Notes: a model not told the origin generated them from the sequence alone. A stretch of 64,000 nucleotides of DNA from Candidatus Adlerbacteria bacterium (GCA_028286685.1 JAQBRA010000002.1:129073-193072), one strand, 5' to 3'. Positions 9,390 to 21,175 are shown, counted from the stretch's first letter. Numbers and translations: made by a program.

Positions 9390-9463
9390 CGCGAGAGACG
9401 GGACTCGAACCCGCAACCTCCGCCGTGACAGGGCGGCGCTCTAACCAGTTGAGCTACTCCCGC
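9390..9463 (-). tRNA. tRNA-Asp (anticodon GUC)
   Basis: Reverse complement GCGGGAGTAGCTCAACTGGTTAGAGCGCCGCCCTGTCACGGCGGAGGTTGCGGGTTCGAGTCCCGTCTCTCGCG folds with anticodon loop CT-GTC-AC. Confidence 0.9.
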
Positions 9464-9514
9464 AAACAGGCCGATTGTAGCCTAAAATAGGCCATTTACC
9501 AATATCGAACCTTG

Positions 9515-9588
9515 TGTCGGTGGAAGGACTTGCACCTTCGACCTTGGCTTTATGAGTGCCATGCTCTAACTACCTGAGCTACACCGAC
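9515..9588 (-). tRNA. tRNA-Met (anticodon CAU, elongator type)
   Basis: Reverse complement GTCGGTGTAGCTCAGGTAGTTAGAGCATGGCACTCATAAAGCCAAGGTCGAAGGTGCAAGTCCTTCCACCGACA has anticodon loop CT-CAT-AA. It lacks initiator hallmarks and lacks the C4/C5 acceptor features of tRNA-Ile2. Confidence 0.8.
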
Positions 9589-9639
9589 ATACTTGCCCCT
9601 TAAAGGCAAATTCAACGTATCATTTTTCGGGCCCCGAGG

Positions 9640-10374
9640 CTAGTGATGCCCGTGGTGGGACTTCAGTTTCAGGTACACGTGGGCGAAGGCAAACGCCGTA
9701 ATCGGTATAGTTACCAGAAGCCCCACCACCAGGGCTAAAAGGCCCAAAAGATTAAGGCCGATAAGGGCCAGGATAAAGAGCACCAGCTGCCCTTTGACGC
9801 CATGGGTCAGCTTGCTGCTCTTGTCGATGCTCTCTATGATGCCTGCGCCGTCTATGACCGCGAGGCGGGACATGGAGTAACGCAACGACAGATAAAACGC
9901 TCCGACAAGCGCTACGACGCCGATAAGAGCCGCGGCCACGACCGCTACCACGCTTCCCTGCCACGGGCCCTCGGAGAAGTTTACCGATCCAGTAGCAACG
10001 AGGATGCCGAGCGCTAGGAGTCCGCCAACCAAGAGAGGCAGGAAAGAAATAAGGCCTGCGAGGAGGCCGGAGCAGAAGTACTTCCATACCAAGCCGAGCT
10101 TGGGCACCAGGTCGCGGTAATGCGCATGATCGCCCCGGGCAAGCCGCAGGAAGATAACCGTCATGCCGGCTCCTAATACAATGCTAACAACAGAGAAGAC
10201 TACGGACGCGAGAAAAAATGCCGGTCCCGAATCTTCAAGCGCACTTTGTATCGCCGAAGAAAAGAACTGGAACAGTATCATGGTGACCACTACCCCAAAG
10301 ACCAGCCCCGAGTGGGCTTTGACCTTGTGCCAGCCAAATACGACCGACTCCTTTATCGAAAAAATATTTGTCAT
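9640..10374 (-). CDS. hypothetical polytopic membrane protein
   Basis: ORF track, 244 aa with ~6 TM helices and a His-rich C-terminus. It lies between tRNA-Met and tRNA-fMet. Confidence 0.6.
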   Translation of the reverse strand: MTNIFSIKESVVFGWHKVKAHSGLVFGVVVTMILFQFFSSAIQSALEDSGPAFFLASVVFSVVSIVLGAGMTVIFLRLARGDHAHYRDLVPKLGLVWKYFCSGLLAGLISFLPLLVGGLLALGILVATGSVNFSEGPWQGSVVAVVAAALIGVVALVGAFYLSLRYSMSRLAVIDGAGIIESIDKSSKLTHGVKGQLVLFILALIGLNLLGLLALVVGLLVTIPITAFAFAHVYLKLKSHHGHH

Positions 10375-10424
10375 GACTTGCAGTATACCATTTTTCTTAT
10401 ATAATATGTATATAGTGCTTATAT

Positions 10425-10496
10425 AGCGGGGTGGAGCAGTAGTAGCTCGTCAGGCTCATAACCTGAAGGTCGCAGGTGCAATTCCTGCCCCCGCAA
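10425..10496 (+). tRNA. initiator tRNA-fMet (anticodon CAU)
   Basis: AGCGGGGTGGAGCAGTAGTAGCTCGTCAGGCTCATAACCTGAAGGTCGCAGGTGCAATTCCTGCCCCCGCAA is nearly collinear with E. coli tRNA-fMet (CGCGGGGTGGAGCAG...CTCATAA...CCCCCGCAA). Positions 1 and 72 are unpaired (A1/A72). Confidence 0.85.
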
Positions 10497-10567
10497 CACG
10501 AATGAAAGAGTCCCGCACAAGCGGGATTTTTTCGTGTTGCGGGAGAAAGATGCTCAAGCATCTTTCG
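10490..10567. terminator. nested hairpins immediately 3' of tRNA-fMet
   Basis: The outer 13-bp inverted repeat (10490-10502 / 10531-10543) shares its left arm with the tRNA acceptor 3' strand. The inner terminator is tcccgc-acaa-gcggga followed by a T-run (10511-10532). A second 9-bp palindrome gaaagatgc-tcaa-gcatctttc lies at 10546-10567. Confidence 0.65.
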
Positions 10568-10689
10568 TGCAGGAATTGCAGGCCGCAGCGTTGCTGTGCA
10601 TTTGCACAGCCGCGAGGCGGGGTCGCAAGCGAGCTTGGCGACGGCCAAGGTCGACTTGTGACCGATTCCTGACTGGCCTTGGCAACACG

Positions 10690-11283
10690 TTAAATCGCGC
10701 CGAATTCCTCAAATACGCGGCGATACTGGTCTATAGCCGTGCGCGTGTCCCGCTCGGTAAGCTCATACGTCTCGCCGCCGTGCGCCACCTGGTTGCGGAC
10801 CTTGTGCGCCTTCCACGCCAAATCGAGCGTACTCATTTGGAAGGGATTCGCCATCTTAAGCTGATCGCCTATCGAGCTACCCTCGTATCCTGCCTCGGCC
10901 AGGACTACCGCCAGCATAATGTCCGCCTCGAGTATCGCGCGGCGCCAGTCGCTCTGGCTCCCCGAGCTTGCCAGCTCCATGACGCGCCTCCAACGCTCGC
11001 TCTGCGGCGGAGCCGCAACGGTTTCTTCCACATGCACCTGATGCTCTTCCTTGCCATGGAAGCCCTCGTGCTCGACCATAAGGAGCTTTATCTGCGTGTA
11101 TACGATCAAGAGGACAAACAGCAGCGTAATAACCATGCCCCAGATGGCCACCTGCGTAGTGAGAAAATGCAGCCACGAAGGCAGCGTGCCCCACAAATCC
11201 CCGACGCTAAAGCTTCCGAAGAAGTCGTAGACGCGCAGCAGCAGGTACTCAAGATTTAAGAAATGAAATCCCTCTTCTTCCAT
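10690..11283 (-). CDS. hypothetical membrane-anchored protein with C-terminal HEPN-like (R-x4-H) motif
   Basis: ORF track, 197 aa. It has an N-terminal TM helix, and the C-terminal region KAHKVRNQVAHGGETYELTERD contains an Rx4H motif as in HEPN/DUF4145 proteins. It sits next to tRNA-fMet. Confidence 0.55.
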   Translation of the reverse strand: MEEEGFHFLNLEYLLLRVYDFFGSFSVGDLWGTLPSWLHFLTTQVAIWGMVITLLFVLLIVYTQIKLLMVEHEGFHGKEEHQVHVEETVAAPPQSERWRRVMELASSGSQSDWRRAILEADIMLAVVLAEAGYEGSSIGDQLKMANPFQMSTLDLAWKAHKVRNQVAHGGETYELTERDTRTAIDQYRRVFEEFGAI

Positions 11284-11288
11284 TCCCC

Positions 11289-12695
11289 TTATTGTATCTC
11301 CTTTCCGAGAGCGAATAGGGTCGCCTCATCCCCATGCGCCGCGATGAGCTGCAAGCCGACCGGCAGCTGCTTGCCGCCGCGCTCTACGGTACCCATAGGC
11401 ACTGAAAGCGCCGGATTGCCGGTAAGGTTCGCGGTTACGGTAAATATGTCTGCCAGGTACATTGAAAGCGGGTCGGACTTCTCCCCTACCGCAAAGGCGG
11501 GAGTCGGCATAGTCGGCGTCGCAACCGCGTCTACATTTTTGAACGCATCGACAAATTCCTGCCGCAATGCCTCGCGCGCGGCACCTGCGCGCCCATAGTA
11601 GGCATCGTAGTAGCCCGAGGACAGCACATAGGTGCCGAGCATGATGCGGCGGCGAGTTTCAGGACCGAAGCCCTCAGCCCGGCTCTTTGCATAGTCGTTC
11701 AAAAGGCTGTCTCCTTTTGCCGAAAGCCCGTAGCGCACCCCGTCAAAGCGCGCGAGGTTTGCCGACACCTCGGCAAAGTTGATGATGTAGTAGGTCGCCA
11801 GGGCAAAAGAGAGCGACGGCAGCTCAATATCTACCACCTCATAGCCCTTCGCCCTGAGCGCCTCGAGCTTAGTCTCGAAGGCGGCGCGCACATCCTCATC
11901 GAGCCCTTCCTCCATAAGCTTGCGCGGTACGCCTACCTTTTTGGTCGGCTTGTGCGGCGCATATAAGCCCGGGTCTATCGAAGTGCTGTCGAGCTCGTCG
12001 CGGCCCGAGATTGTATCAAAAATAATCTGTGTATCTTCTGCAGTTTTCGCCAACGGACCTACCTGGTCAAACGACGAGACCGCTGCAATGACGCCCGAGC
12101 GCGATACCCGGCCGTACGTTCCTTTTAATCCTGCAACGCCGCAGAAACTCGCAGGGTTGCGCACCGAGCCGCCGGTGTCGGTGCCCAAAGCGCCCAGGCA
12201 CAAACCGGCAGAAACTGCCGCAGCCGAGCCGCCCGAGGTGCCGCCGGCCACGCGTGCAACATCATGCGGATTTTTAGTGGGGCCGAATGCCGAATTTTCA
12301 GTCGAGCCTCCAAGCGCAAACTCGTCCATGTTGGTGCGGCCCACAAACACGGCGCCCGCCTCTTTTAGTTTCTTTATGACCGTCGCATCGTAGGTAGCAA
12401 TGTAGTGCTCAAGCATCTTAGAGGATGCAGAGGAAACGCGGCCCTCTATCAAAATATTGTCTTTTATCGCAAGCGGAATGCCGAGCAGTGGGTGGCTTTC
12501 CCCCGCCGCACGGCGCGCATCGGCAGCTTCGGCTTGAGCCACCACATCATCAAACACCTCCAGGTACGCATTCAACTCTTGGTTGCGTGCGTCGATATTT
12601 GCCAAGCAGGCGCGCGCCAAGTCGACTGCCGTTAGTTCTCCGGCAGCCATTTTCTTGCCCGCTTCGGCGATAGTAAGTTTTGTCAGGTCGTCCAT
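11289..12695 (-). CDS. gatA: Asp-tRNA(Asn)/Glu-tRNA(Gln) amidotransferase subunit A
   Basis: ORF track. It shows the amidase signature (GGSSGGSAAAV, KDNI, TNMDEFA). Confidence 0.95.
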   Translation of the reverse strand: MDDLTKLTIAEAGKKMAAGELTAVDLARACLANIDARNQELNAYLEVFDDVVAQAEAADARRAAGESHPLLGIPLAIKDNILIEGRVSSASSKMLEHYIATYDATVIKKLKEAGAVFVGRTNMDEFALGGSTENSAFGPTKNPHDVARVAGGTSGGSAAAVSAGLCLGALGTDTGGSVRNPASFCGVAGLKGTYGRVSRSGVIAAVSSFDQVGPLAKTAEDTQIIFDTISGRDELDSTSIDPGLYAPHKPTKKVGVPRKLMEEGLDEDVRAAFETKLEALRAKGYEVVDIELPSLSFALATYYIINFAEVSANLARFDGVRYGLSAKGDSLLNDYAKSRAEGFGPETRRRIMLGTYVLSSGYYDAYYGRAGAAREALRQEFVDAFKNVDAVATPTMPTPAFAVGEKSDPLSMYLADIFTVTANLTGNPALSVPMGTVERGGKQLPVGLQLIAAHGDEATLFALGKEIQ

Positions 12696-12698
12696 ATG

Positions 12699-12998
12699 CT
12701 ATTCGTCTTTCTGGATTATCTTGCGTACGACGTTATAGCCGTTCTCCGACTTGGGAAATGCCTCAATCAAAGCCGGTCCCTTCTCCAGCATGACTCCGCC
12801 CTCGCGGGGAATATCCTCGCGCATAATGTTATGCCACAGCCCAGCGTCCTGCTTAATCTCGGGCATGGGCACGGCCGACACCTGCCCGACATAGTCGAGA
12901 ATATTGGAAATGTCCTTCTGCAGGCTCTCCTCCTCTTGGGGGCTAAGCTTAAGCCGCGCAAGCAGGGCCAGCTTCTGTATGTCCTCGAGCGATATCAT
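12699..12998 (-). CDS. gatC: Asp-tRNA(Asn)/Glu-tRNA(Gln) amidotransferase subunit C
   Basis: ORF track, 99 aa, immediately upstream of gatA. The sequence is GatC-like (MISLEDIQKLALLARLKLSPQEEE). Confidence 0.9.
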   Translation of the reverse strand: MISLEDIQKLALLARLKLSPQEEESLQKDISNILDYVGQVSAVPMPEIKQDAGLWHNIMREDIPREGGVMLEKGPALIEAFPKSENGYNVVRKIIQKDE

Positions 12999-13012
12999 GG
13001 GCCAATAGTAGC

Positions 13013-15642
<2,630 letters not shown>

Positions 15643-15648
15643 AAGGTA

Positions 15649-16218
15649 TTATTGCCAGTCGAAGATATTTTCGCGGACGGTTATGACGCGCGTCACGCCC
15701 GACTGGGCGCGCCAGGACACCGCAACCGTGAGCACCGCCTCCCCTGCAGACGCCGAAGCGATGATGATCGTGCGCACGAAGCGCTGCGGAGTAACCGGAT
15801 CGGAGCTGCTATAGGTAAAGTATTTCTGGCCGCCGCCGCCATCGTGCTTGGCCAGGGTCGGACAGCCGCCCGAGGAAACTGCCGGGCATGCAACTATGAC
15901 GTTGGTCGAGGGATCTATGTAGCAGCCAGTGGAACCTGTACAGGCGGTCAAATCCTTAGTCTGCGCAGTCCCGTCGCCGGAGAGCCAATTGGAGCTGCCG
16001 CCAGCAAGCTTGTTGGTGTCGCGCACAAACCGCACGTACTCGACTCCGTCTTGGGCCAGGTAAAACGCCACCATCTGGTCGCGTGCCACCAGAACGGAGC
16101 TGAGTCCTTTTGCCGCAATGGTAAGCGGGCCCGCAATGGCGCTCGTTAAGAGCAGCACTGCCACCAGGGTCTCGATGAGCGTAAAGCCGCGGACTATGTC
16201 TTTCATTTTATTGATCAT
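15649..16218 (-). CDS. type IV pilus minor pilin (prepilin-type cleavage/methylation N-terminus)
   Basis: ORF track. Sequence RGFTLIETLVAVLLL. Confidence 0.8.
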   Translation of the reverse strand: MINKMKDIVRGFTLIETLVAVLLLTSAIAGPLTIAAKGLSSVLVARDQMVAFYLAQDGVEYVRFVRDTNKLAGGSSNWLSGDGTAQTKDLTACTGSTGCYIDPSTNVIVACPAVSSGGCPTLAKHDGGGGQKYFTYSSSDPVTPQRFVRTIIIASASAGEAVLTVAVSWRAQSGVTRVITVRENIFDWQ

Positions 16219-16786
16219 ACAGTCGCTGGGTTACGGACGTCTGGAGATCGAAGACGGAATTCTGCGAAACGCTCACCGGCACGGTGCCCGACAGCAGTAT
16301 CACTACGTGCGGCTGCAGCCCGACAGATTCCGCGCCCGAGACATAGAACTGCAAATTGGTAATGGTAACCTCGGTTGCGGTAACGGCCGCATAGGCCGCG
16401 CCGTTTTTCGATACCAGGACGGCGGTGCCTGCGGGGTCGCACGTAGATCCGGCCCCGCGGCAATACTTAATGGTCTGATTGTCGGACGACAGGAAGGCTA
16501 CCGAGGTAGCGGGGATGCTGCTGCAGTCGCGCGGCACGGTAACCGTGCCCGAAGATACATCGCAGTGGTAGTTGACGCCCGTGCGCATCGAGCGCGACAT
16601 CGCATCGAGCGAGAAGTTAAGGTTGTTTATGACCGACTTTAAGGTCTGCGCCTTGCGGTCGCTCTCAGACATTGCCAACAGCGCGCCGAGCGCAATGACC
16701 ATAACGGTCGAGAATATCGCCACCGAGACCATCATCTCAATGAGGGTAAATCCGGCTTTGCGGTTCTTTTTGGGGAAAGTAGTCAT
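16208..16786 (-). CDS. type IV pilus minor pilin (PilW/GspJ-like)
   Basis: ORF track. Sequence KAGFTLIEMMVSVAIF. Confidence 0.8.
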   Translation of the reverse strand: MTTFPKKNRKAGFTLIEMMVSVAIFSTVMVIALGALLAMSESDRKAQTLKSVINNLNFSLDAMSRSMRTGVNYHCDVSSGTVTVPRDCSSIPATSVAFLSSDNQTIKYCRGAGSTCDPAGTAVLVSKNGAAYAAVTATEVTITNLQFYVSGAESVGLQPHVVILLSGTVPVSVSQNSVFDLQTSVTQRLYDQ

Positions 16787-16787
16787 A

Positions 16788-17489
16788 TTAGCAAGAGGCA
16801 GGGTCTGCGTTGACCTTGCATACGGCGATCTGGCCCGCGCTGCTTACCTTTACCGTGCGCACATCGGTGCCGGCCGCGGCCTTTAGCTGTACGTAGGCAT
16901 ACGAGTAGACCGGCACGGCATTGACCGCGCATGCGCCCGGATTGCGGCTGGTAGCAAAGCACCCGTCCGGATTGGGGCGCCGGAAGAATATCGTAAGCGA
17001 GGTGATGGTCGTGCCGCCTGACTGGCACTCGTCATTGCCGCTGGCGATATTATGGGCGCAGAAGTCGCTGATGTAGTAGTCGGTGCCGCGGCCGTTGCCC
17101 AGCGTAAAGCGCGGGAGCTCCTCGCCGGCGTCGTACTGCCCGTTGCCTGCACTTGCGGGTATAGTGTCCGCAAATAAAAGGTAGTGGCTGGAGTCCACCA
17201 GCCCACTGTTGCCAAACTGGACGCCGAAGCCCTGGGAGAACTTGCCGGTACCAACACCGCTCTCGCGGACCGAGACGCCGTAGAGCTGCGCTTGGCGCAC
17301 CGAGAGCGCGGAGGAGTAGGCAAGGCTGCGCAGGAGCGTGGAGCTGTTGAAGCCCTGCTGGCGGAAGAGTACGAAGCCGGTAATGAGCACGATAATGAGC
17401 GACACTACCAAAAGCTCGATCAGCGTAAAGCCCCTCGCCGGGCGCGAATGCCTAAAGTAGGAGCGTAAGCGATTGAAAGAAGTCTGCAT
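16788..17489 (-). CDS. type IV pilus minor pilin (FimT/GspH-like)
   Basis: ORF track. Sequence [16 protein letters not shown] after a 20-aa leader. Confidence 0.8.
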   Translation of the reverse strand: MQTSFNRLRSYFRHSRPARGFTLIELLVVSLIIVLITGFVLFRQQGFNSSTLLRSLAYSSALSVRQAQLYGVSVRESGVGTGKFSQGFGVQFGNSGLVDSSHYLLFADTIPASAGNGQYDAGEELPRFTLGNGRGTDYYISDFCAHNIASGNDECQSGGTTITSLTIFFRRPNPDGCFATSRNPGACAVNAVPVYSYAYVQLKAAAGTDVRTVKVSSAGQIAVCKVNADPASC

Positions 17490-18237
17490 GGAAAAAGTAA
17501 GCGGTGGCGGCGCCGAGTATCAGGAACGGCGCAAAGGGCACCTCGCTACTCATTGTATATCTATTTTTAAACACTAAGAGCAGGGCTATTCCTATAAGCG
17601 CTCCGGACCAAAACGCTATGAGGAGCGCCGTAAAGCCGGCCGTCAGCCCCAAAAGCCAGCCTAAAGAAAGCTCTAATATGCCGTCGCCCCACCCCATCCA
17701 TCGGCCGCGGGATACAAGGGATATAAGAAGGAGCGGCCCGGCCAGTATCGGACCGACAAGCAGGCCCCAGTAGCCCATACTCTCCCCTACTATTGCTGAC
17801 TGGCTGAAAAAGCCGAGAAGCGCCCCGCCCAAGGCGAGCGCCATAAGCACAAGCGTCGCCGACCAGGGAATAATTTGGTGGCGCAGGTCGTAGACTACGA
17901 TAAACAAAAGCACGAGCCATACCCCAAACCAGTACAAAAACCACAAAGGCTCCGGATTTTGGAGATACGCAAAGACTGCGAGCACTGCAGCCATAGCCTC
18001 TACCGCCGGGTACTGCCAGGAGATGCGGGCGCGGCAGTAGCGGCACTTGCCGCGCAGAAAGAGATAGGACAGGAGCGGAACAAGATCGAGGCTTGAAAGT
18101 TCGTGGCCACAGCGCATGCAGGCACTCCTGCCTTTAAGGACCGAGCGCCCGGTATTGAAGCGGAATAGGAGCGCGTTAAGAAAGCTCCCCAGTATGAGCC
18201 CCAAGCCCGCCACGAAAATATATACTAGCAGCGGCAT
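17452..18237 (-). CDS. pilD: prepilin peptidase (A24 family)
   Basis: ORF track. It has an N-terminal CxxC...CxxC motif, polytopic membrane topology and a conserved MGWGDG motif. Confidence 0.9.
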   Translation of the reverse strand: MPLLVYIFVAGLGLILGSFLNALLFRFNTGRSVLKGRSACMRCGHELSSLDLVPLLSYLFLRGKCRYCRARISWQYPAVEAMAAVLAVFAYLQNPEPLWFLYWFGVWLVLLFIVVYDLRHQIIPWSATLVLMALALGGALLGFFSQSAIVGESMGYWGLLVGPILAGPLLLISLVSRGRWMGWGDGILELSLGWLLGLTAGFTALLIAFWSGALIGIALLLVFKNRYTMSSEVPFAPFLILGAATAYFFHADFFQSLTLLL

Positions 18238-18854
18238 TACGGAGCGACGTCGTAGCAGGCATCAGTGGTCGCAGCGGTTGTGCCAGTGCAGGCAGTTGCA
18301 TTGCCGTTAAAGGTAGCGGCACCCGGAACACTGAGCGTACAAGCAGTGTAGCCGGTATATACGTAGGTGCTCCCGGTGTCAGCATCAACATCTTGAGTAA
18401 GGCCGCCGGCACCCGTAGTATCTTCCATAGCTGCACCCAAGTGATAGGTTACCGGGGGATATGTTGTAGCATTACAGTTTGTGCTGCTTCCAGCTGTATA
18501 AGCAATGTATTTGTAACAACCAGTCCCGGAAGAGCTGGCACAGGCAGCGCTCGAGTTTGGATCGCTGGGGACAACCGGAAGATAAGCGCCAGCCAAACCT
18601 GTATCAGGTGCAGATTTACCACTTATGGTGCTAGCCGCGTAAATATTTTTAGGGTACACACTGTTGTCGTTGTAATAGAGAGACAAGGCAAGCTGAATCG
18701 ATTTTATATCAGCCTGCCGTTTAGCATCTCGTGATTTAGATTTAGCACCCGACAAAGAGACCATGACAATGCTCGCTAAAATTCCAATGATTGCGATAAC
18801 GACCAGGAGCTCGATGAGGGTAAAGCCGCGTCTTGAGGTAAATTCTTTATACAT
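18237..18854 (-). CDS. type IV pilin (PilA-like major pilin candidate)
   Basis: ORF track. It has the canonical [22 protein letters not shown]-terminus and a Cys/Thr-rich C-terminal region. Confidence 0.85.
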   Translation of the reverse strand: MYKEFTSRRGFTLIELLVVIAIIGILASIVMVSLSGAKSKSRDAKRQADIKSIQLALSLYYNDNSVYPKNIYAASTISGKSAPDTGLAGAYLPVVPSDPNSSAACASSSGTGCYKYIAYTAGSSTNCNATTYPPVTYHLGAAMEDTTGAGGLTQDVDADTGSTYVYTGYTACTLSVPGAATFNGNATACTGTTAATTDACYDVAP

Positions 18855-18883
18855 AACCCTAACTATAACGTTATAAATATAAC

Positions 18884-21175
18884 CTACTGTGGATTAGTAG
18901 GGGCTTCAACTTCTGGCTCCACTTCTGGAGCTTCCTGTTCCAGTGTTTTTGGATTAGAGAATTCAGCAGAGTTGAGAGTTGCACCAGTTTTAAAAGCACG
19001 ATCAATCTTCCCGTCTCCCTCATTATCAACTTGAACAAAAACCGAATCGCTTCTTCCTTCCGAAAGACCCTGTGCGTCAATTGAATAAATATGCGCTTCC
19101 CCTATCTTAGTAGGTATATTTCTTGCATCGAATTGCATAAGTTTACCTCCTACTCTTATGGCAATATCGAGCCCATAGGTACCCTTATCAGTACCAACCA
19201 CCTTATAGAAATAATTATCTTCAGCCGCCAGTACTTTTACCAACTTTTGTTCTTTATTAACAATCGCCAAAGGAAAGGTATTTTTGATCTCTCCGTGAAT
19301 TACCCCCGCCACTTCTCCCTTCTGACTATAAATACTTAGTTCGGCCGGGCTGTGTAATTGTGCACACGTCGTTGTCGAAACTTCTGTTGCATGCATTTTA
19401 TCAATCAAGGGAATTATGTCGCTTGTGGTTGCAGATGGATAGTAGGTATCTATATCATCAAGGACATCTGCAATAAGACCGATATAGGGACAATTATCTC
19501 CGTTATAGCTTTCTGTTGTCAAAATAATCTTCTTTTCCAAGGGACTATAAGTAGTACCAAAAACTGTAGATGTCGAATTTATGTAACTAAACAAGTTAAA
19601 CCTATCCGACAATAAACCCATTCCATCTTTGATATTTGCATAGAAAGACTGCTCAGTGTTTGAATATTGTTTATATGTAGGGTTACTTGAATTTCCCCCA
19701 TAAGGCTTATAGTGTTTTGCTGCAGAATGGTGAGTGCCAGCATTGGTGTAACAGTTTATATAGTCATCTGTATTTATACTTGCGCAAGGCGGAATGGTAA
19801 CAAAACTCCCATATCCCCTATTGTCATAAGTAGAGTGGGGGTTACTAGGTTCATAGAACCAGGCATTAAATGTAATCTGCATGGCGCCGTGTCCATAGTC
19901 AGGACTTACATTCTCATTATTAAACCCAAATGTAGCGCCTCCATTCTCATGTGCAGCAATGCCCCAAACTACCTTCTTCTCATAGTCACCGTCTTTTAAA
20001 TCTGAAATGTTGTTTGAGCCATTATCGCTATCGTATAGAGAATTATTAGAATTTGCGTTATTGTAATAGTGATCTATCGCTTTCAAAATAAGAGCTGGCC
20101 TTGATGAAGTTGCTATATAGTTTGTAGAACTTGCCTCGAGAGCAGCCTGATTTATTGAATCATACGGCAAGTAACTTACTGTCCCTGAGGCATTTGCCCC
20201 TACCATCCAACCTTCAATACCATCAGTCGGATCTGATACTTCATACCAGCGATATCCGTCAGCCACTACATAACCATCTGTCTGGTTTGTCGTACTAGAT
20301 ACATACACTATCCAATCCTCAGGTAGTATTTTTAAGATATCAGCGGACGTGTCAGGATCTTCTCTCAAAGCCAAAGTTCCACTTGGAGTGTTCGATATTT
20401 TTGAATAAAAAGGATTTGATAAGTCAGCATCAAAAATATTATCAACTCTGTATATCGGAGCGCTTCCTGAACTACCGAAAACCAGTCCGGTTAGACCGTT
20501 TTCGACGTAGTGGGAATCAGTTTCACAATTAGGATGAGCGTATATTTGTTCAGGAGAACCGGAGTGATCAACGTCTAAAGTAAAGCTACACAACCCCCCG
20601 TCTGAGATGTCATACGAGAGAGTTAACGTATGCCACGTAGAAGTAGAAATATTTTCAAATATAGGCTGGAAGTTAGGGTTGAGTATGTTATAGCCAGTTA
20701 CACCCCGACCTGTAAAAAAAAGTCCCATATTACCGGAATACACACCCGGATTATTCATTGCAACAACAAAATCACCGTCAAACGGAGGATTAGAAGAGAC
20801 ATAGAAATCTATATTCCACACACCCTTTGTTGTAGTTGCTCCATCGTTTGAAATAGTTGCATAACTACTAGAATTAAACTCCATACATTTTCCCGATACG
20901 CAACCTGATGAAATAACCGAAGGATTCGGTCCTGTTGGATCAGAAATATACGCAACCCAGTTACCTTGTCCTTTTATATTTCCATTTGTATATAGGTCGA
21001 AGTCATCATTGAAAGGCGCTTCTGCCTTTGCTAGGTACGGCACGGCCAGAAATAAGACTGAGACACAGGCGGCAAGTATCGCCAATGCCATACTTAATTT
21101 AGAGTTTTGGGAACAGGATAAGGAGTTTGGCAATAGAGACATTGCCCCAACTTTAGCATGCAGTTGTTTTAACAA
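18884..21175 (-). CDS. large secreted Asn/Ser/Thr-rich protein with SH3b-like and SLT-like (lytic transglycosylase-like) motifs; compositionally foreign (AT-rich)
   Basis: ORF track, 763 aa with a signal peptide. A GYRWYEV...GWMVG segment is SH3b-like. GIAAHENGG...VSPDYGHGAMQI resembles the SLT motif I/II block (AIAxQES...SPxGAxGLMQ). Gene GC is ~40% against ~62% in the flanks. Confidence 0.75.
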   Translation of the reverse strand: MLKQLHAKVGAMSLLPNSLSCSQNSKLSMALAILAACVSVLFLAVPYLAKAEAPFNDDFDLYTNGNIKGQGNWVAYISDPTGPNPSVISSGCVSGKCMEFNSSSYATISNDGATTTKGVWNIDFYVSSNPPFDGDFVVAMNNPGVYSGNMGLFFTGRGVTGYNILNPNFQPIFENISTSTWHTLTLSYDISDGGLCSFTLDVDHSGSPEQIYAHPNCETDSHYVENGLTGLVFGSSGSAPIYRVDNIFDADLSNPFYSKISNTPSGTLALREDPDTSADILKILPEDWIVYVSSTTNQTDGYVVADGYRWYEVSDPTDGIEGWMVGANASGTVSYLPYDSINQAALEASSTNYIATSSRPALILKAIDHYYNNANSNNSLYDSDNGSNNISDLKDGDYEKKVVWGIAAHENGGATFGFNNENVSPDYGHGAMQITFNAWFYEPSNPHSTYDNRGYGSFVTIPPCASINTDDYINCYTNAGTHHSAAKHYKPYGGNSSNPTYKQYSNTEQSFYANIKDGMGLLSDRFNLFSYINSTSTVFGTTYSPLEKKIILTTESYNGDNCPYIGLIADVLDDIDTYYPSATTSDIIPLIDKMHATEVSTTTCAQLHSPAELSIYSQKGEVAGVIHGEIKNTFPLAIVNKEQKLVKVLAAEDNYFYKVVGTDKGTYGLDIAIRVGGKLMQFDARNIPTKIGEAHIYSIDAQGLSEGRSDSVFVQVDNEGDGKIDRAFKTGATLNSAEFSNPKTLEQEAPEVEPEVEAPTNPQ

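Noticed and set aside
9284-9490. ORF 9284-9490 (+, 68 aa)
   Set aside because: It overlaps tRNA-Asp and the terminator hairpin, and its translation follows the tRNA sequence.
9515-9588. tRNA(CAU) at 9515-9588 as tRNA-Ile2 (lysidine)
   Set aside because: It lacks the acceptor-stem C4-G69/C5-G68 identity elements of TilS substrates, and a genomically encoded tRNA-Ile(UAU) is present, so elongator tRNA-Met is more likely. This is uncertain.
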